A DNA stretch of 64,000 nt, from positions 1,984,001 to 2,048,000 of the forward strand of contig AP026123.1 of NCBI GenBank assembly GCA_030295235.1, read 5' to 3'. The DNA is from Fistulifera solaris. Its lineage: Eukaryota. Each line of letters starts with the position of its first letter. Positions within the stretch are counted from its first letter, which is position 1. The notes beneath the pieces are model-generated. The model made no database searches and was not told where the DNA came from. It was given only the letters and a program-made list of their open reading frames with translations. Position numbers and translations under genes: made by a program. This document shows positions 9,858-21,800 of the stretch, in pieces.

Positions 9858-12203
9858 TCATACTATCACACTTATTTTTTTCTTGCCAGCAGTCATGGAA
9901 CCGCCTTGCAAAAGCGGTCCCATGGTCTGTTTCAAAAGATTGCTGTCCAGCTGCCAGCATGTTGTTGTAGAGAGAGATACAATGGTATTCATGTACTTCC
10001 CTTTTCCAGAAAAGATCTCATCACCAAAGTGGCTTCCGGCCTTGAGATTGCTTCGCCTTGTCTCGCCGTTGGACGACATGTGCACCGAGTAGCATGTCCC
10101 GCTCTGAATTACGAACATGCTGTCTCCTGGTTTTCCTTGCTCGCAAATAGTTTCACCGCGACCGAACGTGATTTCGTCCATGATGGCGGCAAGCTTGTTG
10201 ATGCCGTCCGAATCCAAATACTGGAAGTACGGAATTTCACCGAGAACCTTCTTCAACTCCTTGCGATGATCTTGTGCTTGCATCAAGACTTGACGAAAGG
10301 CGGCGCGATGTAGTGCCCACAGATGACCGTCCGTTTGGGCCACAATCGAAGCGGAACGAGGCGCTGAGTACATGAGAGCCAGTTCTCCGAAAGCAGGGTG
10401 GGCGTGTCTTTCACGGGAACCTTCATAGACGTGTACAATGTGACCTCCCTCACCCGTGGCATCTTCTTCTCCGTCCGGTACAATGCGCACCTCAAATCGA
10501 CCTTCATCAATGATGTAAAAGCGATCTCCTGTGGTACCTTGTCGAATAACCCAAGACCCTGCCTTGACTTTGACGGATTCCATGCAGGCAAAAATCATTT
10601 CACGTTGCTCGTCATTAATATTTCGGAACATGATAGATGCTTTAATAGCGTCAGCAATGCGAGCCTTCTCTTCCGCTGTCTTTTCGGTTGCGTGCTTCTT
10701 CCAGTCAAAGTCAGCGTCTTCGGCGTCTTCCTTTCCACGCATCGATTTTCCCATCTCTCGGAGTTTTTGAATTTCCTTGGACTTTTCCTTGGAGACATTC
10801 TTGCGCACCGGACGTAAGCCTTCGGTTGTCATGACCATGTTTTCGACCGTGTCCTCGAGCTCGCCCACTTCCGATTCCGATGGCTCGTCTCTCGCACTCG
10901 AACGCAAATCTGCGGACACTCCGTCGATAAAGATACAAATCATAGTGATATCGTCGGTTCGTGACTCGTATTGCAACCACAACTCATATGCTTCAGCTAC
11001 AACCGCACGGCAAGCCTCCAGCGGATCTTGAAACTTCGCGCAGATATCAACGACACTCTGGTTGGTCAAGAACTCAAAGACACCATCACTCGCAAGAACA
11101 ATAATCTTGTCTTCCGGCGTGATTTCACGTGTGAGCATCTCTGGTTCCGCAAACACGCCTAGTTCTTCGGCCATCGCATCTCCCAAAGACCGTGTGAAGG
11201 CAGTACCAGGATAATCTCCGGTGGGGTGCCACACACGTGGGGGGTCGCCACCTTCATCCAATTCTTCACCGAGCTCAAAATCTTCGTTCTCCGATGCATC
11301 CACAATTGGTTCGAGTCCTTCCAACTGGTCTAAAGACAAGATTCTCGCACCAGTTGCCCGGATACGTGCACGCTCGTCCTTTCGATACGGTGTTTGATCT
11401 CGACTGAGGGGAAGAGCCTTCAGGGCTGGACGTCCATTCTTACCCTTCGATTCCTGTCCTAACACAGCACGGCTGTCGCCGACGTTGGAAATGGTAATGC
11501 GATTGCGTCGACCGTGCATGTACATGGACACAGCCGTCGTACCTGACAGAGAATCGTCAATGGTAGGGTTACGATGCAGACCTTTGTTGGTCTCTACGTG
11601 CGCACGGAGAAGAGATGTTTGTACGGCTTCTTTCGTTAACTCTTGAGTACCCGTCTGCTTGCGGGCTTTTTCTAAATGTGCCGACACCTGTTTGTATAGA
11701 TTCTTCTTGGTGTAGATGGCGCAGCCGTCACCTGTAGCACCATGACCATCAAAAACACCAAAGAACGCGTCTTGTTTTCCTGGTGTCAATGACTCCTCCA
11801 CGCAGTAGGCATCTTGATTCGCTTTCATTGGATCATCTGGATAGTGGCCACGCTGACTCAGGTAGGCGTAACGCATTCGAACACCATTTCGTTCAACCTT
11901 GCGAGATTCTTTAATTGCATCAATTCGATCACGAGCTCGGTTGACTGGTGTCGCAGTAGAAGGAAGTTTTGATTTCGGTTCTTCTGGTTTCGCCGGGGAA
12001 GGAGGTGGCTGCAGTTTCGGCGGCAGCTGAGCTTGTTTCGGTTGCGGAGGTTTTGATTTGCTATTATTATCGTATTCTTGTGATAACTGGTTAATGTTCG
12101 CCTTTCCAACCGCTGACAAAGTACTCATCCGCATTTTACCTTCATCTTGGTCGAGGAGTCCCTGTGAGTCTCCAGCCGCGGCTTTTGAAGGTCCACAACC
12201 CAT
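9858..12203 (-). CDS. Protein phosphatase 2C with two cyclic-nucleotide-binding domains, predicted N-acylated
   Basis: Intact 781-aa ORF. MGCGPSK myristoylation/palmitoylation-type N-terminus. PP2C motifs NQD, FGVFDGHG, SGTT, NVGDSRAV, FTRSLGD, LASDGVFE, DDIT. cNMP domains (FGELALMYSAPRSAS; second copy FGDEIFSG). Confidence 0.92.
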   Translation of the reverse strand: MGCGPSKAAAGDSQGLLDQDEGKMRMSTLSAVGKANINQLSQEYDNNSKSKPPQPKQAQLPPKLQPPPSPAKPEEPKSKLPSTATPVNRARDRIDAIKESRKVERNGVRMRYAYLSQRGHYPDDPMKANQDAYCVEESLTPGKQDAFFGVFDGHGATGDGCAIYTKKNLYKQVSAHLEKARKQTGTQELTKEAVQTSLLRAHVETNKGLHRNPTIDDSLSGTTAVSMYMHGRRNRITISNVGDSRAVLGQESKGKNGRPALKALPLSRDQTPYRKDERARIRATGARILSLDQLEGLEPIVDASENEDFELGEELDEGGDPPRVWHPTGDYPGTAFTRSLGDAMAEELGVFAEPEMLTREITPEDKIIVLASDGVFEFLTNQSVVDICAKFQDPLEACRAVVAEAYELWLQYESRTDDITMICIFIDGVSADLRSSARDEPSESEVGELEDTVENMVMTTEGLRPVRKNVSKEKSKEIQKLREMGKSMRGKEDAEDADFDWKKHATEKTAEEKARIADAIKASIMFRNINDEQREMIFACMESVKVKAGSWVIRQGTTGDRFYIIDEGRFEVRIVPDGEEDATGEGGHIVHVYEGSRERHAHPAFGELALMYSAPRSASIVAQTDGHLWALHRAAFRQVLMQAQDHRKELKKVLGEIPYFQYLDSDGINKLAAIMDEITFGRGETICEQGKPGDSMFVIQSGTCYSVHMSSNGETRRSNLKAGSHFGDEIFSGKGKYMNTIVSLSTTTCWQLDSNLLKQTMGPLLQGGSMTAGKKKISVIV

Positions 12204-12932
12204 CCGTCCGCTATTGATCTAAGTCAAATCTCACACGTAGACAGATTCTTACTTGCTAATCGATTACAGCTCACTCAGCAATTGCGAAGGAATTATCCGA
12301 AAGACACAACTTGATAAAGAAGCTGATGAGGGTGCCTAAAAGGTAGCCTCGTCGTCGCGTCTTCGCTCTTCATGATGCTCTGCGCTCTGCATTCGCCGTT
12401 GCAGTCATGGTCATTCCGCATCAATGTCGAAACGAGTTCAAGTGCTTTTCGTGAGATAGTGGGTAAGGTTTTCGGTCATTTTTGGCTATCTTTTTCGGCG
12501 ACCAAAGAACGAGCGATGAACAGACCAAATGTCTTCCTTTACATAGACCTGGTCCTTTACAGTAAGGTTACTCGTTAAATAAATAGTCTCGCTACCGGTA
12601 CGGTATGCCGCACAGACGATCTAAAGGTACTTTATACCTTATACTTCTACAATACCAGCGATGATTAATACGGAGTAGGTTTTTATTTTCTTCACAAGAA
12701 TAACACAAATTAAATATTTAATTCCTAATTTTCCTAAAATGCGGATGCATTTTTGACATTCAAGTGAATTTTCCACTGGTTTTTCTCTTTTGTCACAAAT
12801 CACTTTTTTCTTTTCTTTTTTTCTTTCTTTCAGAAACGATCATTCGCAAGTCGCAAGGGAACACTTTTCCGCGAAGATCGTCTTGGTTAAAGAACAAACA
12901 CCATCCATTGATCCTCTGCTGTCAATAAAAGC

Positions 12933-13853
12933 ATGGGTAGTTCCACGAGTCAAAGCTTCAAATCAGCGTACGAACGGAGCGCCCTTCACGCTGGATCTTG
13001 GTATGACGCCGATCCGAGAAGCTTGAGAACTACATTGGATGAGAACTTGGCGCGGGCAGAAGTCGAATCATTTGACAACGTTCGCGCTTTGATTGTTCCA
13101 CATGCAGGTTATCGATACTCTGGGCCAACGGCTGCATTCTCTTACAAGATACTGCAACAGTTTTTGAGTCGCCAGGCAATTCGAACCATTTTAGTCTTGC
13201 ACCCCGCACATCATGTTTACTTGCAGGGATGCGCTGTGTCAGGGGCAAGTCGTCTACAAACCCCTTTGGGGGATTTAGTAGTGGACGAAGATCTTCGACA
13301 GCAAATTCTGTTAGTAGAAGATCCGGCTTTTAGTGTCATGGAGAAAAGCGTAGATGAAGATGAACACTCGGGTGAAATGCAGTATCCATACTTGGCACAC
13401 GTTATAGCCGGTCGAGACATCAAAGTCTTGCCCATTATGTGCGGTTCATTAGAAACTGTAAAGGAGAAGCTGTTTGGAGAAAATCTGAGGGCAATCATAG
13501 CTCGCCCGGAAATTTGCACAATTATATCATCTGATTTCTGTCACTGGGGAAGTCGTTTCTCGTATCAGCCGACGGGCAACTCGATACCCATTCACCAGTT
13601 CATTGAAGAAATGGATAGAAAAGGTATGGATTTGATTCAATTGAAAGACCCTGGGGCATTTGCTTCGTATTTGAAAGAAACACGGAACACGATTTGTGGA
13701 CAACATGCGATAGCAGTTTGGTTAAATGCTGTCTCCGCTACTACCGACAGCAATCTCGAAGTGCGTTTTGTTAATTATGCACAGAGTTCAGCTGTCACTT
13801 CTCGAAAGGAGTCCAGCGTTAGCTACGCGGCAGCCGTGGCGTTTGTGAAATAA
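12933..13853 (+). CDS. MEMO1: MEMO1 family protein
   Basis: HAGSWY, IVPHAGYRYSG, EDEHSGEMQYP, ISSDFCHWG, NTICG and YAQSS...SVSYA motifs. Intact 306-aa ORF. Confidence 0.93.
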   Translation: MGSSTSQSFKSAYERSALHAGSWYDADPRSLRTTLDENLARAEVESFDNVRALIVPHAGYRYSGPTAAFSYKILQQFLSRQAIRTILVLHPAHHVYLQGCAVSGASRLQTPLGDLVVDEDLRQQILLVEDPAFSVMEKSVDEDEHSGEMQYPYLAHVIAGRDIKVLPIMCGSLETVKEKLFGENLRAIIARPEICTIISSDFCHWGSRFSYQPTGNSIPIHQFIEEMDRKGMDLIQLKDPGAFASYLKETRNTICGQHAIAVWLNAVSATTDSNLEVRFVNYAQSSAVTSRKESSVSYAAAVAFVK

Positions 13854-13954
13854 AGTTAATTGTAGCATTTGCGGAGGTCGCGCCGTCTAGTTTTTCGCTG
13901 AATAAATATAAAATTATCTACACCTCATTGTATTGCTTAGTGGTCGCTTGCGAA

Positions 13955-16900
13955 TCATGTCTGCCCTTCATTTCGATCAGTATCAGCGTCACCGTTATCT
14001 TCAGGACTCTCGCCTCCTGGTTTTTCGCTCGTCATATCACTCGTTTCTTTAGCTGTTACCTCTTCGTTGTCTCCAGAGTTTTCTGTAGCTACGTGGCTTG
14101 GTTCTTCGTTGCTTTCTTCAGCATTATCGGCTGGTTGTTCGAAGGAAGTTTCGTCTCCTCCGTCTGCCGGCAGTTTTTCGCTGCTTGGTGGCAACGCAAG
14201 TGCTACCTCCATTTCCTCTTCACTTAAATTTAAAGTGCCTAGTTTCAGCAGCAAGCTTTGCATATTCTCCTCATACTCCGCCGCTGCATCAAAGTCTTCA
14301 CTAGCTACTGCAACTTCAATCTTTTCTTCAATTTCCCTTAGCTGTGTAGTCAATTCTTGAAACTGGCGGTAGACAATTTCTTTTGCAAGTGGAGATTTCG
14401 TACAATCAATATGAACATCCGCGCTACGCCCCGCTGAAGCATTAGCTTCCGCTGTCGGAAGGCTTTCCGGATCAGTTTTGTCCGAAGAACTAGCACTAGA
14501 ATCTACGCATTGGCTTTGTGCTTTCGCGGAATCAGGCTGATCTGGATGAAACTCACCGATCAGATCATCCCACCCTCCATACTTCTCATCATATGCTTTT
14601 CCTTCCATGACGAGAAGCTTGATTTGTCCGTCTAATACGTATGCACCGACTCCCCTAATACTATTTGCATCTGCATCTCCACAAACTTGACTTTTTAGTG
14701 GCGATGAATCTTTTGACATTCTCTGCAAGCCGTCGCATCGCCGCCATACCCGATTCCTTTTCTTTCTCATGTGCAATCGCCTTCATTTCTTCAAGTTCGC
14801 TCTGGCATCTACGTACATCTTCTTCGGCACTCTCTTTGCGGAATCGTGCTTCTCCCGAAAGTTCTTCTTCGCAGTCTTTCAGTCGTGAAACAGCGTCTTT
14901 TGCGTCTTTAGAGGCTTTACCTGCCGCTTTGAAGTCTCGCCGAGCTGCCGCTTCTTTCTTCTGCTCTTCGTACTGCGGAATTAGGTGCTTCAGGGACAGT
15001 ATTTCCTCCTCCAAACTCAACATTTGAGAGTTTGATGCGGCTAGGGTTTCTTTGCGTTCAGTGAGTCGGGCTTCGGCATCCACAACTGCGGCCTGGAGCT
15101 GCATCAATTCGCCGTCAATCTTCTCTTCTTCCTCTTCTGAGACTCCAAAGTTCATTTCTTTGGCTACAATAGAGCCAAAAGTGTCTGCCATGTCGATCTC
15201 TGAACTGAGAGAGGTCATTAGCTTATCATGAGCAAGAAGTTCCTCGGAGTGAGCTTTGACTTTGCGATCATGCTCTTCCTTTTGCTTGTCATTCGCTCGC
15301 TTCTCCATTTCCCATTCCTCTCTATTGTCTTTAATAGTATTCTTCTTTTTTGTTACTCTGTCAAGCTGGCGTTGAAATTTTACCCGTACCATCAAAATCG
15401 ATTCATCGTGTCCCGCTATTTCTGTTCGTAGCTCAGCCGCTATTGCTTGTTTAGCAGTTAATAGCTTTCGCAATTCTTCGATTTCCTTCTCCGTTTCACC
15501 AAGTTTGTCTTTAGCAGCGTCGCGTTGCTTCTCGTATTCTCCTGTCTGCTCAGAAATAGATTTTTCAAGCTCCTTACTCTCTTCGTCAACAAGTTTCTCA
15601 TCGCGTTCCATGTGCTTCAAATCTTGGTCGAGACGCTCCTGTTCTGCGGATATTTTCTTTGAAATGGTTTCAAATCTTTTCAACGTTTCACTCGCATCTT
15701 CTCTATCGAGCAATTCTTGCTTTTCTTTGAAGCTTTGCAAATCTTTTTTAATGTCCAAGAAGCATTTCGATACTTCATCAACAACTTGCTGCTTTTGAAA
15801 GTCCAGCTGACGGATTGCTTCTCCTATACTATTTAAAACAGAAGCATGTTCTTTGCACTCATGCTCACGAATTGTAATGATGCTTTGCATTCGATCGGCC
15901 AGCTCAAAATCTTCGGCTTCCGCTGCCTCCGTTTGTTGTGCTTCCGCCTGCTCTTTCTCTTGAATGGCTAGTCTTTCCTTCGCAAGTGTCACAAAGCGCT
16001 GATCAGTTAACATTGCGCGCTGTTTGCGGAGGTTCGTAACTTCTTCCATAGAAGCAACGACTTTGCTTCGAAAATTTTTCATCATATCGTTGAACATGCT
16101 TGTCGGTGTCTGTTTCATTGAGAGCGCAGTAGAAGATGCGACGATAGGCGGCTTTTTCATTAAAGACGACACTGGAAAACCTTCAACCGGCCTACTACTT
16201 GACTCCAGATGACTGATGACCGAATCTTCAATTTTGGTGCTTCGCATCATGTTCAGTTGTCGTTCAGCGATGGCGCGCTGCACCTCTTCTTGTTCACGCT
16301 GCAGTAATTCCGCTGGAGTCATTTCAGTATGATCCGTTGAAGGTGCATTATCAATAGAGACAGACCGAGAAGCAGTTAGCATTGTCTGCTGAGTTGGAGT
16401 GGGGCTGCGTGCGGAAGGGCGGTGACTACTACTCCGACTCAGTTGTAACGAAACAGCACTGGAAGAAGAGTCTGAATTTCGTGGACGGAACAGCCCGCCA
16501 AGAGCTCCTCCGAATGAACGATGAGTTTTCTCTAATTGCTTTGCTTCGGCCACTGCAGCCTTGGCAGCTTGAACCATCTCATCCTGACTATCAACGCTTC
16601 TACTTGCCCCGATAGTGTTGCTGAACGATTCAGAACCCAGCGATCCTCCATCCGGTGGGTTGTTACTGGTTTCTTGAATCATCTTTGAGTGAATAAACTG
16701 TTCTGCTTTTCTTGATGCTTCCGATGCCGCGGCGAGATCGACGGGTGGTGCTGTCGGTGCCGGTGCAGGTACAGGGATGATTTCTGGTATAGAAGGACGA
16801 GAGTACGACTCATCCATCGTAGCCGCTGCCACTCCAACTTTAGCTGTTCGCGCTCGGGTCGTTCTCTTTTTCTTTACTACAGGAGCCACTGTGGCTTTTC

Positions 16901-17425
16901 CAAATGCCACACCCGCCCCTGCTAGGCTGCTCTGTCCACTAGTGTTCATAGATCCAAGAATATCTTCATCCCCCGCAACAGTCGGGGTCAATTCAACGTC
17001 GGTCGACCCAATTACTGAAAACGTCGATGGTGAAGGCAAGGAGGCACCTTCACTTATGCTGCGATCAGTGGTTTTATCATCTTGGGTGGTAGGTCTCTGA
17101 AGGAACGAAAACGATGACGTTGCAGCAACATGTTCTAGTGCCTCATTGGTTTCTGGTGTTGGCGGTTGTGGTTGCGAAAGGAAGTTGAAAGCACTGACAG
17201 TTTGTGTCGACGATGATTCGATATTCGCTGGTGCGGGTGATGATTTTTCCGTTGAACTGAGGAAAGGAAATGGGGAAGGTTGTGGAGCCGAAGATGTGGG
17301 CTGCGACGACGAGCTGTTCAAAAATGAAAATGCGCTGCTACTTGTAGATGCAGTGTGCGCGAGACCATCGGATGAGCTCTCTTTTTGTCGCTTTCCTTTC
17401 CTTTTAAATCCAGTCCGCCAAACAT
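13955..17425 (-). CDS. Large coiled-coil protein with UVR-like (EDF/RDF) motifs; two apparent frameshifts
   Basis: Likely start ATG 17425 (MFGGLDLKGKESDK) joined through an A-run indel (~17381-17386) to the 986-aa ORF, then through an A-run indel (~14692-14696) to 13955..14776. S/F-rich N-terminus (repeated SAFSFL), long coiled coil, motifs AEAEDFELADRM, AAARRDFKAA and AVASEDFDAAAE. Confidence 0.7.
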
Positions 17426-18089
17426 GATTGATTGTTTTGCCAACTTCGTATCCTAGTCCGTATCTGTGTAAAGCTTGCTTGAAGCAGCTCTCGCGGTCAG
17501 CACACGCTGGTGATGAGATTGATTGAAAGCAACAGGTGCTGCTTTTACTGCGCAACGCCAAGCGAGAAGCGATTGCGCTGCGCGTTTTGCGTTTTGAGTT
17601 TTGAGTGTTTGAGCAATGCACGGAATCTCGAACCTTAATAAGATCTTATCTCTCGGGAGATCAGATTTCAGACTGCCGCTCACTTTCAATCTCCGATCTC
17701 GCAGTCCAGCTCGTTGTTTCAATAGTAGACTCTTAAGAGACTCTAAGAATAGCATTCCATTGTTATTTTTATAAACAAATCAACTGGGATGTCCTGCTGT
17801 TCTATAGTCGCTTGCCCGCTTCAGACTTCAGAAGAAGCACCTAAGCTGTGACCTAAGCTGCAAGATGACGCCGAACTACACATCTACAAGTAATCGTCTA
17901 CCTTAGCATCCCAGCTCCTCACTAAGGTAATGGCGCATGAGACCGCACATTCCGTATTCCATTTTGACCATTTTGTTTTCCCGATCCCAGGCAAAGACTA
18001 ATGATTTTTTTTTTAAAAATATATAAACTGGATTCCCGGGCTCCAGATTCCGGATTCTCGATCAGGGACCTCTTGCGAATGCCAAGAAT

Positions 18090-18211
18090 GCGATGAGCGA
18101 TGAGCGATGAGGCGATGAGCGATGACCGATGACCCTTCTCCTCTGAACTGAACCTATCTATCTCTGAATTCTGGATGATTGGAGACTGGAGACTGGAGAC
18201 TGGAGACTGGA
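18090..18211. repeat. Two 7-bp minisatellites, (GCGATGA)n and (GGAGACT)4
   Basis: GCGATGA/CCGATGA about 6 copies at 18090-18133; GGAGACT x4 at 18181-18208. Confidence 0.9.
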
Positions 18212-18887
18212 TACCCGACGATGACCTTTTTACTTTGTAGTGTAGAGTTAAGGAGATATGGTTAACAGTTATAACAGTTAACGCTAAAAGCTAAAAGCAA
18301 ACAGCCAATAGTTTTATTAAAGTCTAAGAAGCTGACAGTAATCGTCTAATGTCTAATCGTATTGGGAGCTTGGGAGCATTTCTTGAACATTGAAGCAACT
18401 GCATTTTCTAGAGTGCCACAAAACTGAGTAGGGAATAGTGTACAGTATTTATACCGGTGAATCTTTACCCAGTATAAACAATTTTGTATAATTATTCATT
18501 ATTCCGATAAATACCAATTGCTTTGTCTTTGGGCCTTTAAATGGTTTTAGTAAGGGGAATTGTAGTGTCTGGGAAAAGTAGAACCAATAATGCAGAAGGT
18601 ACTAAAATTTTCGGGGTAAGTTTTAGGTAATGATGTGTATAAGACTTGGAAGTACCCCATATTCCCAAATTACGACTAGAGATAGGCCCAAAGACCCAAA
18701 AGAACAGTGAGCGGCCGAAAAACGCGAATGACCCCAAACCGACGCCGATGAGCCGATGAGGTCTTCAGGTGTAGCGTGCAACATCCACCGCCAACGCGCT
18801 TTTTCGAAGGCGTTCACCCATCCCTCATACTTCTAACAGAATCAGGAGAGAGAAGTATCCTATCTTAAAAATCGATTGTTCATAACA

Positions 18888-21800
18888 ATGAAAGTCTTTA
18901 AAGCAAACATCAGCATTCTTTTCATCGCTCTCGTTCCCCTTGTGGCCGCGGAAGCTTCCTCCAAGGAAGCCGCGAACGCTCAATCTACTCAGGAAGGTTG
19001 GTTCGCGAGGTTTTTGGAGGTTCTCCCGCATGTTTACATGAGGAAAGAGATTTCGTTCTTTTCCCACTTCGGCGAGAAGTTGAACCGCAACAAGAAGCCA
19101 GGTCGCTTGGATTGTGACTGGGATGACCCAGTGAAGTCCAAGCACTGTCCTCCTTCTGCGGTTTCGCCGTTCGTTGGAGGTGGTTCTGCCCCGGTGTTGA
19201 AGGGCATACTTGAAGAGGAGCTCAATTGTCTTCATACTCCGACCCACGAAGATTGTCGCAGTCTGCAAGCTGCTACAAACGTAGGAGGGTCGTCTGCGGA
19301 GAGCAACGTGGTTTTGAGTGCCCCCAAGCCGGAGCCGGAGCCGGAAACGGAGGCAAGTGTTCAGAAGGTCAACGTGACGAAGGTCAAGAAGAAGGGAGAT
19401 GAGGAAGAGGAGGCAGACGATGGGGATGTCCCCAATTCGTTCGTCACTGATTTCCCCATCGCGACTGTCGCTACTGAGGCTCCTACTCGTGATGACTGTT
19501 ACGGTAACATGTTTGACGGGCGTTTCTGCGCGTCTTCCATGCCTTCCGTGACGGAGGAACCCACGAAGGAACCCAAGGTGAACCCGTCCACTGGCAAGCT
19601 TAACACTCCTACGAAGATGGAGCTCAACACGGATAGCGGTGGAGGGCGGGTTCCGTCGGCGAAGGATTCGAAGACCGACTCGGGCGGTGCCAAGGTGCCG
19701 CCGGGTCAGCTGGACAAGGATACTGGCGGCGCTAAGGTTCCATCGTACACGGTCCCGAAACCTAGCGTCAGTCCTAGTGGCCAAGTGAAGGGAGAAAGGG
19801 GGCGCAAAGTTGCCGACTTTTGCCGTCCCTGAGCCCAGTGCCAGTCCCAGTTCCAGCCCGACTGGTGAGGTGAAGGAAGACGGCGGTGCCAAGGTGCCGA
19901 CGTTCACCGTTCCTGAGCCGAGTGCCAGTCCTAGCGAAGAGATTGTCAAAGTAGGTGGTGCCAAGTTGCCGACTTTTTCCGTCTCTGAACCAAGTGCCAG
20001 TCCCAGCGGCCAGGTTCAGGAGAAGGGCGGAGCCAAGCTGCCGACTTTTACCGTCTCTGAACCGAGCGCCAGTCCCAGCGGCGAGGTTCAGGAGAAGGGC
20101 GGTGCCAAGCTGCCGACGTTTGCTGCTTCTGAACCTAGCGCTAGTCCAAGCGGAAAGGAGAAGGAAGAAGGTGGTGCCAAGCTGCCGACGTTTGCTGCTT
20201 CTGAACCTAGCGCCAGTCCGAGCGCCAGTCCAAGCGGTAAGGAGAAGGAAGAAGGTGGTGCGAAGCTACCGACTTTTGCTGCTTCGGAACCTAGCGCCAG
20301 TCCAAGCGGAAAGGAGAAGGAAGAAGGTGGTGCCAAGCTGCCGACGTTTGCTGCTTCTGAACCTAGCGCCAGTCCGAGCGCCAGTCCAAGCGGTAAGGAG
20401 AAGGAAGAAGGTGGTGCGAAGCTACCGACTTTTGCTGCTTCGGAACCGAGCGCCAGTCCAAGTGGAAAGGAAAAGGAAGAAGGTGGTGCGAAGCTACCGA
20501 CTTTTGCTGCTTCGGAACCGAGCGCCAGTCCAAGTGGAAAGGAAAAGGAAGAAGGCGGTGCGAAGCTACCGACTTTTGCTGCTTCGGAACCGAGCGCCAG
20601 TCCAAGTGGAAAGGAAAAGGAAGAAGGTGGTGCGAAGCTACCGACTTTTGCCGCTTCGGAACCGAGTGCCAGTCCTAGTGGAAAGGAGGAGGAAAGTGGC
20701 GCGAAGTTGCCGACATTTGTTGCTTCGGAACCGAGTGCCAGTCCCATTTCCTCTCCTACTTCAAGTCCTACTTCCGCTCCCACTCGTTGTGAAGATCGCG
20801 TTGCTGGTCCGCTCGAGCGCCAAGCTGGAAGCGAGCTTTGCGTGGAGTCTGATGGAGCTGTTACGATTGTTTCCCACACCCAAGAGTCCGTTTCGTTCAC
20901 TGTGAACCAGCAATTTACTGAGACGTCCGCGACGTGGGTCTCGACACAGTACGTTGGTGTCGACGGAGTTCCAGTTTGTGATATTCAACAAAATCTTCCC
21001 GTTGGACAGTCCGTGACGTATACGGCTATGTGCGATGACAACTTGTGGGCGTCGATCAATATCTACGTTCACGATGAATCTTTGAAGGGTGCTGCTTTTG
21101 TCCCAAGTGACTGTTCGGCGGACTTGTCTACAGGTGGTACTTGCGCGTACACCATTCAGTTGCCCTGTGACTGTACTGGTGTTACTCTCCCGACACCCCC
21201 GCCCACATTCGCTCCTACCACGGCACCTTCTGAAGAACCCACGGGCAAGCCCAGTCCTTACCCCACAACTGTTCCCACGAGTGTTCCGAGTTCGAGTCCA
21301 TCTGCAGGTCCTATCGGTGAACCATCGTCTTCCCCTAGTGCCAAGCCTAGCCCCGATCCTCGGTCAAGCCCTCCGGTGTTCCCACCACTTCTCCAAGTGT
21401 TCTTCCCTCCGGAGGTCCTAGCCCAAGTCCTACTCACGGTCCAACTTCCGGGCCGACACCAGTCCCCAGTTCTCAGCCGAGTCCGGAACCATCAGACGAA
21501 CCCACTGGCAAACCTAGTCCTTACCCGACCAACAAACCAGTGATCCCTGAAGGATCGCCCACTCCTTGCCCAGTTCATCGCCCTCCCGAGCTCCTGTTAC
21601 CCCGAGTGCTCAGCCCAGTTCTTTGCCCACGGATATCCCTTCAGACTCTCCAACGGTATCTCCTTCTGGTGGACCGTCAGGCGAGCCAACAGCATCGCCT
21701 TCTAAAGGACCAACTGGTGAGCCAAGCGCTTCGCCGACGACAGTTCTTTCGAACGAGCCCACTGCGAAGCCCAGTTCTTACCCGACGGCTGGCCCTTCGA

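Noticed and set aside
17426..17621. N-terminal extension of the 986-aa ORF (MHCSNTQ...)
   Set aside because: Non-ATG start reading through probable promoter/UTR sequence. ATG 17425 with a one-base correction is more plausible.
19790..20750. Regularly spaced direct repeats superficially like a CRISPR array
   Set aside because: No unique spacers, in-frame coding repeat, eukaryotic context, no cas genes.
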